Assembly (NCBI GenBank): GCA_021772515.1 | Contig: JAJFLU010000057.1 | Coordinates: 1 to 26,031 of the forward strand | Source: Opitutales bacterium | Lineage (GTDB): Bacteria; Verrucomicrobiota; Verrucomicrobiia; Opitutales; UBA2987 | Length of the DNA stretch: 26,031 nucleotides | Reading direction: 5' to 3' | Made by a program: the position numbers and the translations under genes | Shown here: in pieces, positions 7,935 through 16,496 of the stretch | How positions within the stretch are numbered: position 1 is the stretch's first letter | Layout of the letters: each line of letters starts with the position of its first letter | Notes under the pieces: generated by a model | What the model was told of the DNA's origin: nothing | Databases searched by the model: none | The model's input: only the letters and a program-made list of their open reading frames with translations

Positions 7935-9449
7935 CTATTCTCTAACATTTTCCTCTGAGATACTACCGAGATTTTTCCGAAGATCTCGCAGCGAATAATC
8001 ATCGCCCACATTTCCCGGAAAAACGATAAAGGGAAGTCCCGGGTGTCTGGCTTCAGAGCCCATTTCCCAAACGGGAACCCCCGGCAAAATTTGCCCTGAC
8101 ACCATGGCCCGTTTCACACCCATTGCCTTGGTCGCTACCTCGCTCGATGTGATGCCTCCCTTGGCGACCAGATACCGGGGGCGAGTTTGGATTTGCCGAA
8201 CAGTTTCCACCAAACCTTCCGAAATTCGCCGCCCGATGGACAGGCTTTTCTCAGCATTTTTATCCGCAACCAACTCTCTGCTCGTGTAAATTACCACATC
8301 TTGGCCCAAGTCAAGAGATTGATCAGCCGCTACGGCCACCTGCGAAATCACCTCAGCATGGTTGCCTTTATCGATCAGTTCTCGGGCGGGTAGTTTAAGT
8401 GAAACCACACCCTTCTCTTGAATGAGGTTTTCTACCTGGATTGTGGTTTGGGAGACGTAGGAACCTACCACAAACAGTCCCCCTTTATCACCTGAAAAAA
8501 CTAAATCTGCGGTTGCGAGAAGGCTTCTCGGCGAGATTCCTGCTCGCGCGGCTACAAAGGAGGCTCCCGTACGGTAAATGAACCTTTTCCCAACCGCCTC
8601 CGCCTTCAACAAACCCAACATAAAGCATTCCAGGTCTCTGCGGTTAGCGGCGTTAATTATGACGACCGTTCCGCCCTCAATTTCACTCAATCGTCGCGCC
8701 ACCACATCGGGTCCGCCAATGCGAATATCCCCCAGCGAGATGGATGCCGTTTGTTCGGATTTTATTCTTCCTTTCGACTTTTCCTCCACCCATTCGAGTA
8801 AATTGGAAGCCCTGTAGCCGAAGGAGTGATCGCGAGCGAACTCCGATTGACCCGCCGGGAGGAGCCGATCCCCCTCAACCAGATAATGGACATCCCCGAT
8901 TGTCAGCCGACCGCTATCGCCGAAATAGGGACAGAGCAAACAACCGTCAAATCCACCGTCGAGAGCTTCTGTGAGCGCGTCAACCTCGCCGGGAAAATGT
9001 CCTCGCAAAGTGGAATCGCTCCGGCTGACAACGGCGATTTCGCGGTTTGTCAACTTGGCTGCTTCGCGGAGACGGTTCCCGATTTCGGCATTGATCTTAC
9101 AGGCCTGTCGAAGCGGAAAAGCTCGGGAGTTGGTGAGAAGATAAAAGGCGGGCAGGTCGTTGCGGAGTTCCTCGCAAAGAGCCTCCAATGGCCATTCCGT
9201 TAATACGGGAATGTCATGGACGGTTTGTGTGCCGGTGGGATCGTCGTCGATGGCGACAATCTTTTTTCCCGCTAATCTGAGAGCGGCTTCGATTTCGGAT
9301 GATGGATCGTGGGGCCATCCGGGCGGCAGATTTCGAAGCGCATCCGCAAGCGACGTAGGGTATTCTTTCACCGCAACGAAAATCGGTTCATTGGGCGGTG
9401 AAACCGAGGTCGATTGTCCATGAAGCCCCCGTGACAGCCCCCGCCGCAT
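7935..9449 (-). CDS. Four-carbon acid-sugar kinase family protein (DUF1537; OtnK/DtnK-like)
   Basis: It carries the family-typical N-domain motif IVAIDDDPTGTQTVHD, LTNSRA, and the C-terminal nucleotide-binding domain (VAKGGITSSEVA). The start is uncertain. ATG 9449 overlaps the upstream SDR by 62 nt, whereas GTG 9371 (VKEYPTS) lies 16 nt after the SDR stop. Confidence 0.8.
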   Translation of the reverse strand: MRRGLSRGLHGQSTSVSPPNEPIFVAVKEYPTSLADALRNLPPGWPHDPSSEIEAALRLAGKKIVAIDDDPTGTQTVHDIPVLTEWPLEALCEELRNDLPAFYLLTNSRAFPLRQACKINAEIGNRLREAAKLTNREIAVVSRSDSTLRGHFPGEVDALTEALDGGFDGCLLCPYFGDSGRLTIGDVHYLVEGDRLLPAGQSEFARDHSFGYRASNLLEWVEEKSKGRIKSEQTASISLGDIRIGGPDVVARRLSEIEGGTVVIINAANRRDLECFMLGLLKAEAVGKRFIYRTGASFVAARAGISPRSLLATADLVFSGDKGGLFVVGSYVSQTTIQVENLIQEKGVVSLKLPARELIDKGNHAEVISQVAVAADQSLDLGQDVVIYTSRELVADKNAEKSLSIGRRISEGLVETVRQIQTRPRYLVAKGGITSSEVATKAMGVKRAMVSGQILPGVPVWEMGSEARHPGLPFIVFPGNVGDDYSLRDLRKNLGSISEENVRE

Positions 9450-10146
9450 CGGAGCAAAGATACTGGACTAGCCCCGCCACTTCCTCCGGCTGAATCATGC
9501 GTTTGATAGCAGTCGATTTCAGGAAAATCTTTGCCGGAACCTCTTCCTTGGGGATATTGTGGAGAGCGGCCTGATCTTCCAATTGACCGGAAATCAGCGG
9601 AGTATCCACATAGGCGGGGCAAAGGGCATTTGCGGTGATACCATGCTCTCCGCCCTCCAACGCCGCTGTCCGGGTGAGGCCGAGCAGACCCGATTTGGCC
9701 GTCACGTAGGCCGCCTTGAATGGTGAGGCCACCAAGCCCTGGATCGAGGCGATATTTACGATGCGGCCCCAACCCGATTTTTTCATCGAAGGCCAGACAT
9801 ATTTGGTCAGCAAAAATGGAGCGGTCAGCATGACCTCCAGCATCGTATCCCAGGTTTTTTCGGGAAAGTTCTCGATCAAGTCCATATGTTGAAGCCCGGC
9901 GTTGTTGACCAAAATATCTACCCGCCCAAAGCGTTCGAGAGTGGCTTGCACAAGGCGTTGGCACTGCCCCCTCTCCACCAAGTCGGTAAGGTGAAACCAT
10001 GCGCCAAGTTCCTCGGCTACCCGACGGCCCCTATTTTCGTCGAGATCGGCCAAAACAACCTGTATGCCTTCCTCGACCAGCTTTTTGGCCGTCGCCTGGC
10101 CTATTCCACCGGCTCCTCCCGTAATGATGGCGACTTTAGATTCCAC
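9388..10146 (-). CDS. SDR family oxidoreductase, 3-hydroxybutyrate-dehydrogenase-like
   Basis: Contains TGGAGGIG (cofactor motif), NNAG, a catalytic Ser (NIASIQG) and YVTAK (YxxxK). The sequence NNAGLQHMDLIENFPEKTWD resembles the BdhA-type subfamily. GTG start at 10146, 11 nt after the stop of DUF62 paralog 2. Confidence 0.85.
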   Translation of the reverse strand: MESKVAIITGGAGGIGQATAKKLVEEGIQVVLADLDENRGRRVAEELGAWFHLTDLVERGQCQRLVQATLERFGRVDILVNNAGLQHMDLIENFPEKTWDTMLEVMLTAPFLLTKYVWPSMKKSGWGRIVNIASIQGLVASPFKAAYVTAKSGLLGLTRTAALEGGEHGITANALCPAYVDTPLISGQLEDQAALHNIPKEEVPAKIFLKSTAIKRMIQPEEVAGLVQYLCSDAAGAVTGASWTIDLGFTAQ

Positions 10147-10157
10147 TTCTAAAGCAT

Positions 10158-11075
10158 TCAGGACTTTTTCCGTATTTCCATAGTCCAGTCCTTGCCGTGA
10201 TGGATATCGTGGGTGGCGGCAAAGTTCCCTTGGTTGATCGCCATCGCAAGGAAGTAGCTGCTGTTGATAAATAACAGAGGCTCGCCCAGCGGGACCTCCC
10301 CGAAAGTTTTCGAAAAGGGAACATCCTGCTGCCAGACAATCTCGCCCTTGTGTCGAAAGGTGACCTCGACGATCTCGCCCTCTTTGATACCGAGTTTGTC
10401 GAAAGTTTCCATATCGATCCGGCTGGCCGTATTGCCCAATCTGCCTTGGGCCGTATAAACCATCCCGAAAGCAGATTTACCCTCGATGTAAGGCTTTACG
10501 TTATCCAACTGCACCACTTTGGCTTCGAGCAATGGCCCCACGCCCTCGAAATCGATCACCCCGGCGGCCAACCGCGCTCCCGTGAAGGAGTAAACATCAC
10601 GTCCGTGGAAGGTATGGGAACGCTCTGAGCCCTTGCGGCGGTTGACGGATTCATCGATTTCGCGAACCGCCTCGATTCCCAATGACTTAGCCACCAATGA
10701 CAAGGTGCCATTGTCGGGGCTAACAAAATAATGGCCGCTTTTGGTTTTCAGAACCACCGATTTGCGAACCGTTCCCACACCGGGATCGACCACGGATACA
10801 AACACTGTGCCGGATGGCCAATAGGGCGCCGTATATTCGAAACTGCGCGCTGCCTGATCGATATCGTAGAGGTTAATTAGCGGGCGGACATGAAAAATAT
10901 CCAGATCTTTACTCACGCCATAGGCGATTCCCTCCATGACCGCCCCCCCGAAATCGGCCTGGATGACAACAGCATTTTTACCCTGCGAAACGCCTCCAGT
11001 GAAGGCCCATGCAAGTAGAGCGGTTAAGAGGAATACTTGGTTATGCCAAAGGAATTGAGTGGTCGTTTTTTTCAT
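10158..11075 (-). CDS. DUF62 family protein (SAM hydroxide adenosyltransferase / chlorinase-fluorinase fold) with N-terminal signal peptide; divergent paralog 2
   Basis: The leader reads MKKTTTQFLWHNQVFLLTALLAWAFTGGVSQG|KNAVVIQADFGG. The central block WPSGTVFVSVVDPGVGTVRK...HTFHGRDVYSFTGARLA is 89/105 identical to paralog 1 by my manual alignment. The N-terminal loop and C-terminal domain are diverged. Confidence 0.8.
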   Translation of the reverse strand: MKKTTTQFLWHNQVFLLTALLAWAFTGGVSQGKNAVVIQADFGGAVMEGIAYGVSKDLDIFHVRPLINLYDIDQAARSFEYTAPYWPSGTVFVSVVDPGVGTVRKSVVLKTKSGHYFVSPDNGTLSLVAKSLGIEAVREIDESVNRRKGSERSHTFHGRDVYSFTGARLAAGVIDFEGVGPLLEAKVVQLDNVKPYIEGKSAFGMVYTAQGRLGNTASRIDMETFDKLGIKEGEIVEVTFRHKGEIVWQQDVPFSKTFGEVPLGEPLLFINSSYFLAMAINQGNFAATHDIHHGKDWTMEIRKKS

Positions 11076-11235
11076 AGGATGTATTATTTAACTGTATGGT
11101 TTGATTATCATCATTATGGCTGAAAAGAGGTTCTGAAAGGCAACAAAAAAGTTCGGCACGATAAAAAACTGGATTTGTTGAAATGCGCAAAGCTGTTTGT
11201 TTGACGCAGGAATTTAGTTTTTCTACTGTAGGGGA
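11076..11235. promoter_or_regulatory. Divergent intergenic region between the DUF62 operon (minus) and the P450-nucleosidase pair (plus)
   Basis: A 160-nt AT-rich gap between divergent start codons. Promoter function is inferred from geometry only. Confidence 0.35.
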
Positions 11236-12600
11236 ATGGAAGAGGCAATGCCATTTGAAGAATTGAAAACCCTCGATGATATTCCTGTTTACGAAACTGC
11301 TCCCGACGGGCGGCGCAGAGAGGGGAGGTTTTCTCTGGAGGATCTCCATTTCGCCAAAGATCCCATCAGATACCACGTGAACGCTTACCGACGGCACGGG
11401 GCAATTTATAAATGCTGGTTTCGCAATCAGGAGTGGGTGGCGATCGGCGGGCACGATGCGAATGATTTTGCCTGGCGGCAGCCCGATATCTGGAGTTACC
11501 GGGAGGCCATGGCCGGTTTCGGCAAACAACTCGGTTTTCGTCATGTAACCACTCTCGATGGCGTTCCCCATAGGTTGAAAAGGCGTTCCCTTAAACCAGG
11601 TTTCGGTAACTCGATCTTTCGGCATTTGCCCGCCATGAGCAAACTGGCGGCCACGGAGATCAACCGAAAAATCGACAAAAATATCGACCTGCATCAATTT
11701 TGTATGGAAACCATCATCCGACTTTCAGCGGGCACACTATTGAGGGCGGAAATCAGCGATGAAATGGTCCGTGAAATGGCGAAATTCGAGGAGATGTTCA
11801 TGCACGGCCTCAATGTCGGCGAATATGGGGATGATTATTTTGCGGGCGAAGATTATCGAAATACGAAAGAAAATGTATTCGGGTTTTTGCAGGAATTGAT
11901 CGAAAACCGTGATGAAAAGGGAAGCCCGGAAGATAGTTTCGCGGCCATGTTTGATGAACGCCCGGAACAGGCTGGCCCCTACGATATCCATGAAAAGCTG
12001 GATGACGCCTACCTGCTCTTAATCGCGGGAGCGGAAAATACTGCCCGGCTGATATGCTGGTGCCTGCAATACATCGCCGAGAGTCCCGATTGGCTCGATG
12101 AATTGCGTGAGGAATTGAGTGAGGGGTCATTGGATAATTTTCAAGAAGGCATGGCCCGTTTCCCGAAACTCAAGAATACCATCATGGAGGTGGAACGACT
12201 CCAGCCGGGAGCCTATTTTCATGTCCGAACAGCGGCTGAACCGATCGATTTTCAAGGCTGCCAAATCCCGAAGGGGTCAGAGATACTGCATATTCAGGGG
12301 CTCTGCCATTTTCTTGAGGAGATTTACGAGGACCCCTTTGAATTTAAGCCGCAACGATGGGATGGGCGGCAATATCCCCGCAAAGCCCATGGCACTTTTG
12401 GCGGCGGCACCCATCTATGTCTCGGCATAAATTTGGCAAAAATCCACACAACATTAATTTTAGCCCACCTTCTTAAAAATTGTAGTGTAACCCTCGATTT
12501 CAAACCCGATTTCCACCTATATCTGAATCCGGGTGGCGGCTTTCGACGATCCCCACTTCCCGCTCAGTTTATTCCCCTCGATCCCGGAAATGGCCAGTGA
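11236..12600 (+). CDS. Cytochrome P450
   Basis: Contains the heme-thiolate loop FGGGTHLCLG, a K-helix ExxR (EVER) and an I-helix-like LLIAGAENTA. 454 aa. An alternative ATG lies at 11248. Confidence 0.9.
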   Translation: MEEAMPFEELKTLDDIPVYETAPDGRRREGRFSLEDLHFAKDPIRYHVNAYRRHGAIYKCWFRNQEWVAIGGHDANDFAWRQPDIWSYREAMAGFGKQLGFRHVTTLDGVPHRLKRRSLKPGFGNSIFRHLPAMSKLAATEINRKIDKNIDLHQFCMETIIRLSAGTLLRAEISDEMVREMAKFEEMFMHGLNVGEYGDDYFAGEDYRNTKENVFGFLQELIENRDEKGSPEDSFAAMFDERPEQAGPYDIHEKLDDAYLLLIAGAENTARLICWCLQYIAESPDWLDELREELSEGSLDNFQEGMARFPKLKNTIMEVERLQPGAYFHVRTAAEPIDFQGCQIPKGSEILHIQGLCHFLEEIYEDPFEFKPQRWDGRQYPRKAHGTFGGGTHLCLGINLAKIHTTLILAHLLKNCSVTLDFKPDFHLYLNPGGGFRRSPLPAQFIPLDPGNGQ

Positions 12601-12626
12601 TCGTTTCAACCCGAATCCTAATAACA

Positions 12627-13553
12627 ATGTTAAAAACATACAGCCTGATCGCATTTTTACTCTCGGTTTTTTGTTTGAGTATGCTCGTCGGTTCCGATTC
12701 GGAGCCGAAAGAAAAAAATCCCTCACGTATCGCCATTGTGGCGGCATTTCAAGGAGAGATGGATGCTATCCGTGAGGAAATAGAGGGGGAAGAAATCACC
12801 GATGAAATTTCGATAAACGGGGTTAAATTTATTTTGGGGACGGCTTATGGGAAAAAAGTCGTCTTTTTCACGACTAATGTAAGCACCGTAAACGCGGCCA
12901 TGAACACGCAGCTTCTCCTCGACAGGTTTTCGGTTAAAATGCTCCTTTTTTCGGGTATCGCGGGGGGAGTCAATTGGGATTTGTCCAAGGGAGATGTAGC
13001 CATACCCGCCAAGTGGCATTATGTTTTGGAGGGAGCGGTTTTTAATGAAAAAGAAGACGGCAGTGGAGAATACGATGTCATTGAAGCTCCCTGGGCTGAT
13101 TTTAAGTATGGAAATTTCGGAATGATTCATCCGCTTGATGTGGCGGTGATTCGCAGCGGACTTGAAAAACCCGAGAGAAAGGCATTTTTCGAGGCAGATG
13201 CCGATCTATTGAAGTTATCCGCCAAAATTGCCGCCGATATTAACCTGCGTAATGCAAAGGGCGAAAAGGCGGTTATCAAAGTGGGCGGTGTGGGGGGCAC
13301 GAGCTCCGCTTTTTTGGATAATGCCAAATTTCGCGAATTTATCCACCAAGCATGGGGAACCGATTGCGTCGATATGGAATCGACACCCATCGCCCATGTT
13401 TGCTGGGCAAATGAAGTGCCTTTCCTCATTATTCGATCTCTCAGTGACCTGGCTGGCGGGCAAAAAGGGCTTAACGAAATGAAGGAACATGCAGAGGGCG
13501 CCAAGCATAACGCCGCCAAGATGTTGAATGATATTCTCAAATCGCTCGATTAA
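12627..13553 (+). CDS. PNP_UDP_1 family nucleosidase, 5'-methylthioadenosine/S-adenosylhomocysteine nucleosidase (MtnN)-like, with N-terminal signal peptide
   Basis: ATG 12627 gives MLKTYSLIAFLLSVFCLSMLVGS (hydrophobic leader). The track start 12597 is a GTG overlapping the P450 stop. MtnN-like motifs are IAIVAAFQGEMDAI, FSGIAGGV, VDMESTPIAHV and IRSLSDLAG. It starts 26 nt after the P450 stop. Confidence 0.75.
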   Translation: MLKTYSLIAFLLSVFCLSMLVGSDSEPKEKNPSRIAIVAAFQGEMDAIREEIEGEEITDEISINGVKFILGTAYGKKVVFFTTNVSTVNAAMNTQLLLDRFSVKMLLFSGIAGGVNWDLSKGDVAIPAKWHYVLEGAVFNEKEDGSGEYDVIEAPWADFKYGNFGMIHPLDVAVIRSGLEKPERKAFFEADADLLKLSAKIAADINLRNAKGEKAVIKVGGVGGTSSAFLDNAKFREFIHQAWGTDCVDMESTPIAHVCWANEVPFLIIRSLSDLAGGQKGLNEMKEHAEGAKHNAAKMLNDILKSLD

Positions 13554-13635
13554 AGGCGATTACATCTTAATTTGCCTTTAAAATTTTTGCTCTGCAAAGC
13601 ATAATCAATTGAGCGCCAATATACTGCCCGCACGT

Positions 13636-16419
13636 TTATTTACTCATTTGATTTGCTGATCGGGCGAAGCGAGCCCCCAGGATGCGGGCCAGGTTGAGGT
13701 ATATTTTGGTTGCGAGGCGGGGTGATGTCCGCTGGATTTTTTCCAGAGATTCCCAGTCGATTGATAGTAGTTTGGCATCGGAACGGGAGTGGATGTCGGC
13801 AGTCCGCTGGCAACGGGCCATGAGGGCGATTTCGCCAAATGCGTCTCCCATAGTCAGTTCGTTGAGGGTGATTTTTTTGCCCTCTATTACCTTGGTTACC
13901 TCCAGGTCGCCGTCCACCACGACATACATTTCATTGCCCCATTCGCCGTCTTTGATAATATGTTCACCGGCTTTGCATTCGATCAATTGAGAGAGCAATA
14001 TAAATTTTTTCACCTGCATATTGCTCATGCCCTGGAATAAACTCGATCGTTCCCGCAAGGTGTTGCGTAAACCCAGGCCGAGGAGATCCCAGATGGTTAT
14101 CAGTCGGATAGTCGATAGCAGGGCGGGGGTCAGAATGAGGTCAACGATGACCGCCAAAATGACAACCACAGCACTCAATATCCCAAATTGCTGCACTGGC
14201 ACGAAACTGGAAAAACTCAACATAAGGAAGCCGCCCGATAGACCCAGGGAGGTTACCAAAACCGGGAGAAGTTCATCCCTTAGAGCCTGATGCAGCGCCT
14301 TCTTTTCGTCTTTGAGGTTTTTGAGTTCCCGGTTGTATCGAACCATCAAATGCAGGGTGTCATCCACTCCGATACCGATGGTAATCGCTGCCACCATGCA
14401 GGTGCCCACATTGAGCGGAATGCCCAGAACCCCCATTATGGCAAACAGGACGATGACCGAAAAAAGATTGGCCACCACTGCGTATATTCCGCACCGCAGC
14501 GAGACAAACAGAACGCAGGTTATGATAAAGAGCAGACCGGCCATACTTCCAAGCGAGGCGATCTGACTGATGGCAATTTTATCCACCGCTGAGGATACAA
14601 GAACCGCTTTCCCGGTGATGGTATAAACTTGAGGACCGTAGCGCCCACTTTCCAGTCTTCTGCTGATATCCTCCATCAATCCGTTGAAACGGGTGCTGTT
14701 GTTGACATGAGTGCGGATTACCATGTTGGCCTGTGAATAGTCCGCATTTACATAGCTTTCGATATCGCTGCGGTGGAAAAACAGCAGATATTGTGCGATT
14801 GCCGAATCCTTGTCTGGTATGGCGTAACGCGCTTTATCTCCTCCAAACATTTCCTGGTTCACGAGACAGAGGTAATCCGCGATGGAAATAACGGTATCGA
14901 ATTCCTCGATTGCCTTGAGGCTATCGCCGATGGCCTTGATCTGCTTGAGCTTTCTCGCCGTCTTGAAATCCCCCGGATTTCCCTTTATCGTGAGATAGAC
15001 GACCTTTGAACCCGAAAGGCGCTCGGTGGCTGTGCGGATGTGCTGAACCGTTTGGGATTCCTGCCTCAGAAAAGAGAGCAAATCGTTATTCAACTGCACG
15101 GTGGAAGCATAGTAAAGACCCGGGATGGCAAAAAGTGTAAATAGAAGAATGATTCTGCCAGGGTGGGAGACTATATTATCGATGATGCCCTGTGCCATCC
15201 GATCCGTTTTTTGCTTTAACCAACCACCATGATCACCGCCTTCCTTTTTGGTTTTTGATGAAAAGAATCTGTCGGTTAAGTTCAGGTAGGCGGGTAGGAA
15301 AAACACCGTTGCCATAAAACGGAAAAACATACCGATTGCGGCCGTATGACCAAAATGCTGCATCCCCTGAATTTCTGTGATGCTGGTCGCAGCAAATCCG
15401 AATACCGTGGTAATGGCAGTCAATATAAGGGTTAAACCCACTTTTCGACTGGTCATAAGGATTGCCAGTGGGCTGTCTCCTTTGCTATGGCCTCTCAGTT
15501 CCTTGTATTCGGCCAGAAAATGGACATCCTCGGTTGCCCCAACTATCAATATGAGCGCCGGGACAACGTAGTTGAGCATATTGAGCGGAATACCAAAATA
15601 GGCCATGAAGCCCAGAGTCCATACCGTGCTGAGAAGGGCGTTGAGAAGGGGCAATACGGAAGCATTGACACTGCGAAGAGAAACCCCGATCAGAATCGCT
15701 ATCAGTAACCCGGAAAGAGGCAGTAAAAACCGCTGATCTTTAATTATGTAATCGGCCATGCGGACCTGCAACGCCGGTGACCCAATTTGGAATATATCAT
15801 CGAAATCCCCCTGAAATTCCTCCAGGATACGCTCCACGCCCTCGTAAACCTCGCGGTCGACATCATTCTCTTTTTGGCTGGGTTCGCCCTCCTCAATAGC
15901 AGGCTCATCTACATTGAGGTACAGTGTCAGCAAGGTGGCCTTGCCATCCTCCGAAATAACGGATCGCACCAGCATAGGGTTAGTCGTTGCCTGGTGTCTC
16001 TTTTCTTCGATTTTGGCAGTATCGGAGGGAATATTTTCCAGAAGGGGGCCGGTTTCCAGCCACCCATCACTGCCTTGAATGTTGTTGACGGTAAAAATGC
16101 TTTCCACCCGCTTGACCGAAGAGAGTCCCTCCTGTGCGCGGTCGGACAACCTATCGTTTAACTCGCGCAACCGCTTTAATATCCCGGGTGTGAAGAGGTC
16201 GGCATCCTCCACATAAACAGCGGCGATTTTATCCGAACCGAATTCGGCCAGGGCCGCTTCATAATCCTGTTTGAGGGAACTTACCCTCGGCAGTAGCTGG
16301 TCGGAGCTTACCTCCAGACGCAGGTTTTTGGCCAAATACCCGGCGGCGGCGGTCAGTAACCCCGTCAGGATGAGGACAGGTATCGCCTGTCTATGACTGA
16401 ATGTGATCAATCTCCACAT
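13636..16419 (-). CDS. RND-superfamily exporter (COG1033 / MMPL / HpnN-like) fused to a C-terminal cyclic-nucleotide-binding domain
   Basis: 927 aa. It has two multi-TM bundles, each followed or preceded by a large loop, and duplicated RND-type motifs (VGATEDVHFLAEY and GIGVDDTLHLMVRY). The C-terminal ~135 aa have the cNMP-binding fold signature. Confidence 0.85.
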   Translation of the reverse strand: MWRLITFSHRQAIPVLILTGLLTAAAGYLAKNLRLEVSSDQLLPRVSSLKQDYEAALAEFGSDKIAAVYVEDADLFTPGILKRLRELNDRLSDRAQEGLSSVKRVESIFTVNNIQGSDGWLETGPLLENIPSDTAKIEEKRHQATTNPMLVRSVISEDGKATLLTLYLNVDEPAIEEGEPSQKENDVDREVYEGVERILEEFQGDFDDIFQIGSPALQVRMADYIIKDQRFLLPLSGLLIAILIGVSLRSVNASVLPLLNALLSTVWTLGFMAYFGIPLNMLNYVVPALILIVGATEDVHFLAEYKELRGHSKGDSPLAILMTSRKVGLTLILTAITTVFGFAATSITEIQGMQHFGHTAAIGMFFRFMATVFFLPAYLNLTDRFFSSKTKKEGGDHGGWLKQKTDRMAQGIIDNIVSHPGRIILLFTLFAIPGLYYASTVQLNNDLLSFLRQESQTVQHIRTATERLSGSKVVYLTIKGNPGDFKTARKLKQIKAIGDSLKAIEEFDTVISIADYLCLVNQEMFGGDKARYAIPDKDSAIAQYLLFFHRSDIESYVNADYSQANMVIRTHVNNSTRFNGLMEDISRRLESGRYGPQVYTITGKAVLVSSAVDKIAISQIASLGSMAGLLFIITCVLFVSLRCGIYAVVANLFSVIVLFAIMGVLGIPLNVGTCMVAAITIGIGVDDTLHLMVRYNRELKNLKDEKKALHQALRDELLPVLVTSLGLSGGFLMLSFSSFVPVQQFGILSAVVVILAVIVDLILTPALLSTIRLITIWDLLGLGLRNTLRERSSLFQGMSNMQVKKFILLSQLIECKAGEHIIKDGEWGNEMYVVVDGDLEVTKVIEGKKITLNELTMGDAFGEIALMARCQRTADIHSRSDAKLLSIDWESLEKIQRTSPRLATKIYLNLARILGARFARSANQMSK
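13639..14043 (-). other. Cyclic-nucleotide-binding (CAP/PKA-type) domain at the C-terminus of the RND exporter
   Basis: The domain reads LFQGMSNMQVKKFILLSQLIECKAGEHIIKDGEWGNEMYVVVDGDLEV...MGDAFGEIALMARCQRTADIHSRSDAKLLSI. It contains the phosphate-binding cassette pattern FGE.AL...R(S/T)A. Confidence 0.75.
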
Positions 16420-16496
16420 CGAATCAGTCAGCTGCGGAAGTGGTGTTTTTCAAAAATGAGAACCCATTATACCCCATTATCTTCGCAAGTGCTTTG

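Noticed and set aside
11041-11697. 218-aa minus-strand ORF spanning the divergent promoter region and the P450 5' end
   Set aside because: It overlaps the P450 gene (heme-loop supported) and the DUF62-2 start. No homology was recognised, so it is treated as spurious.
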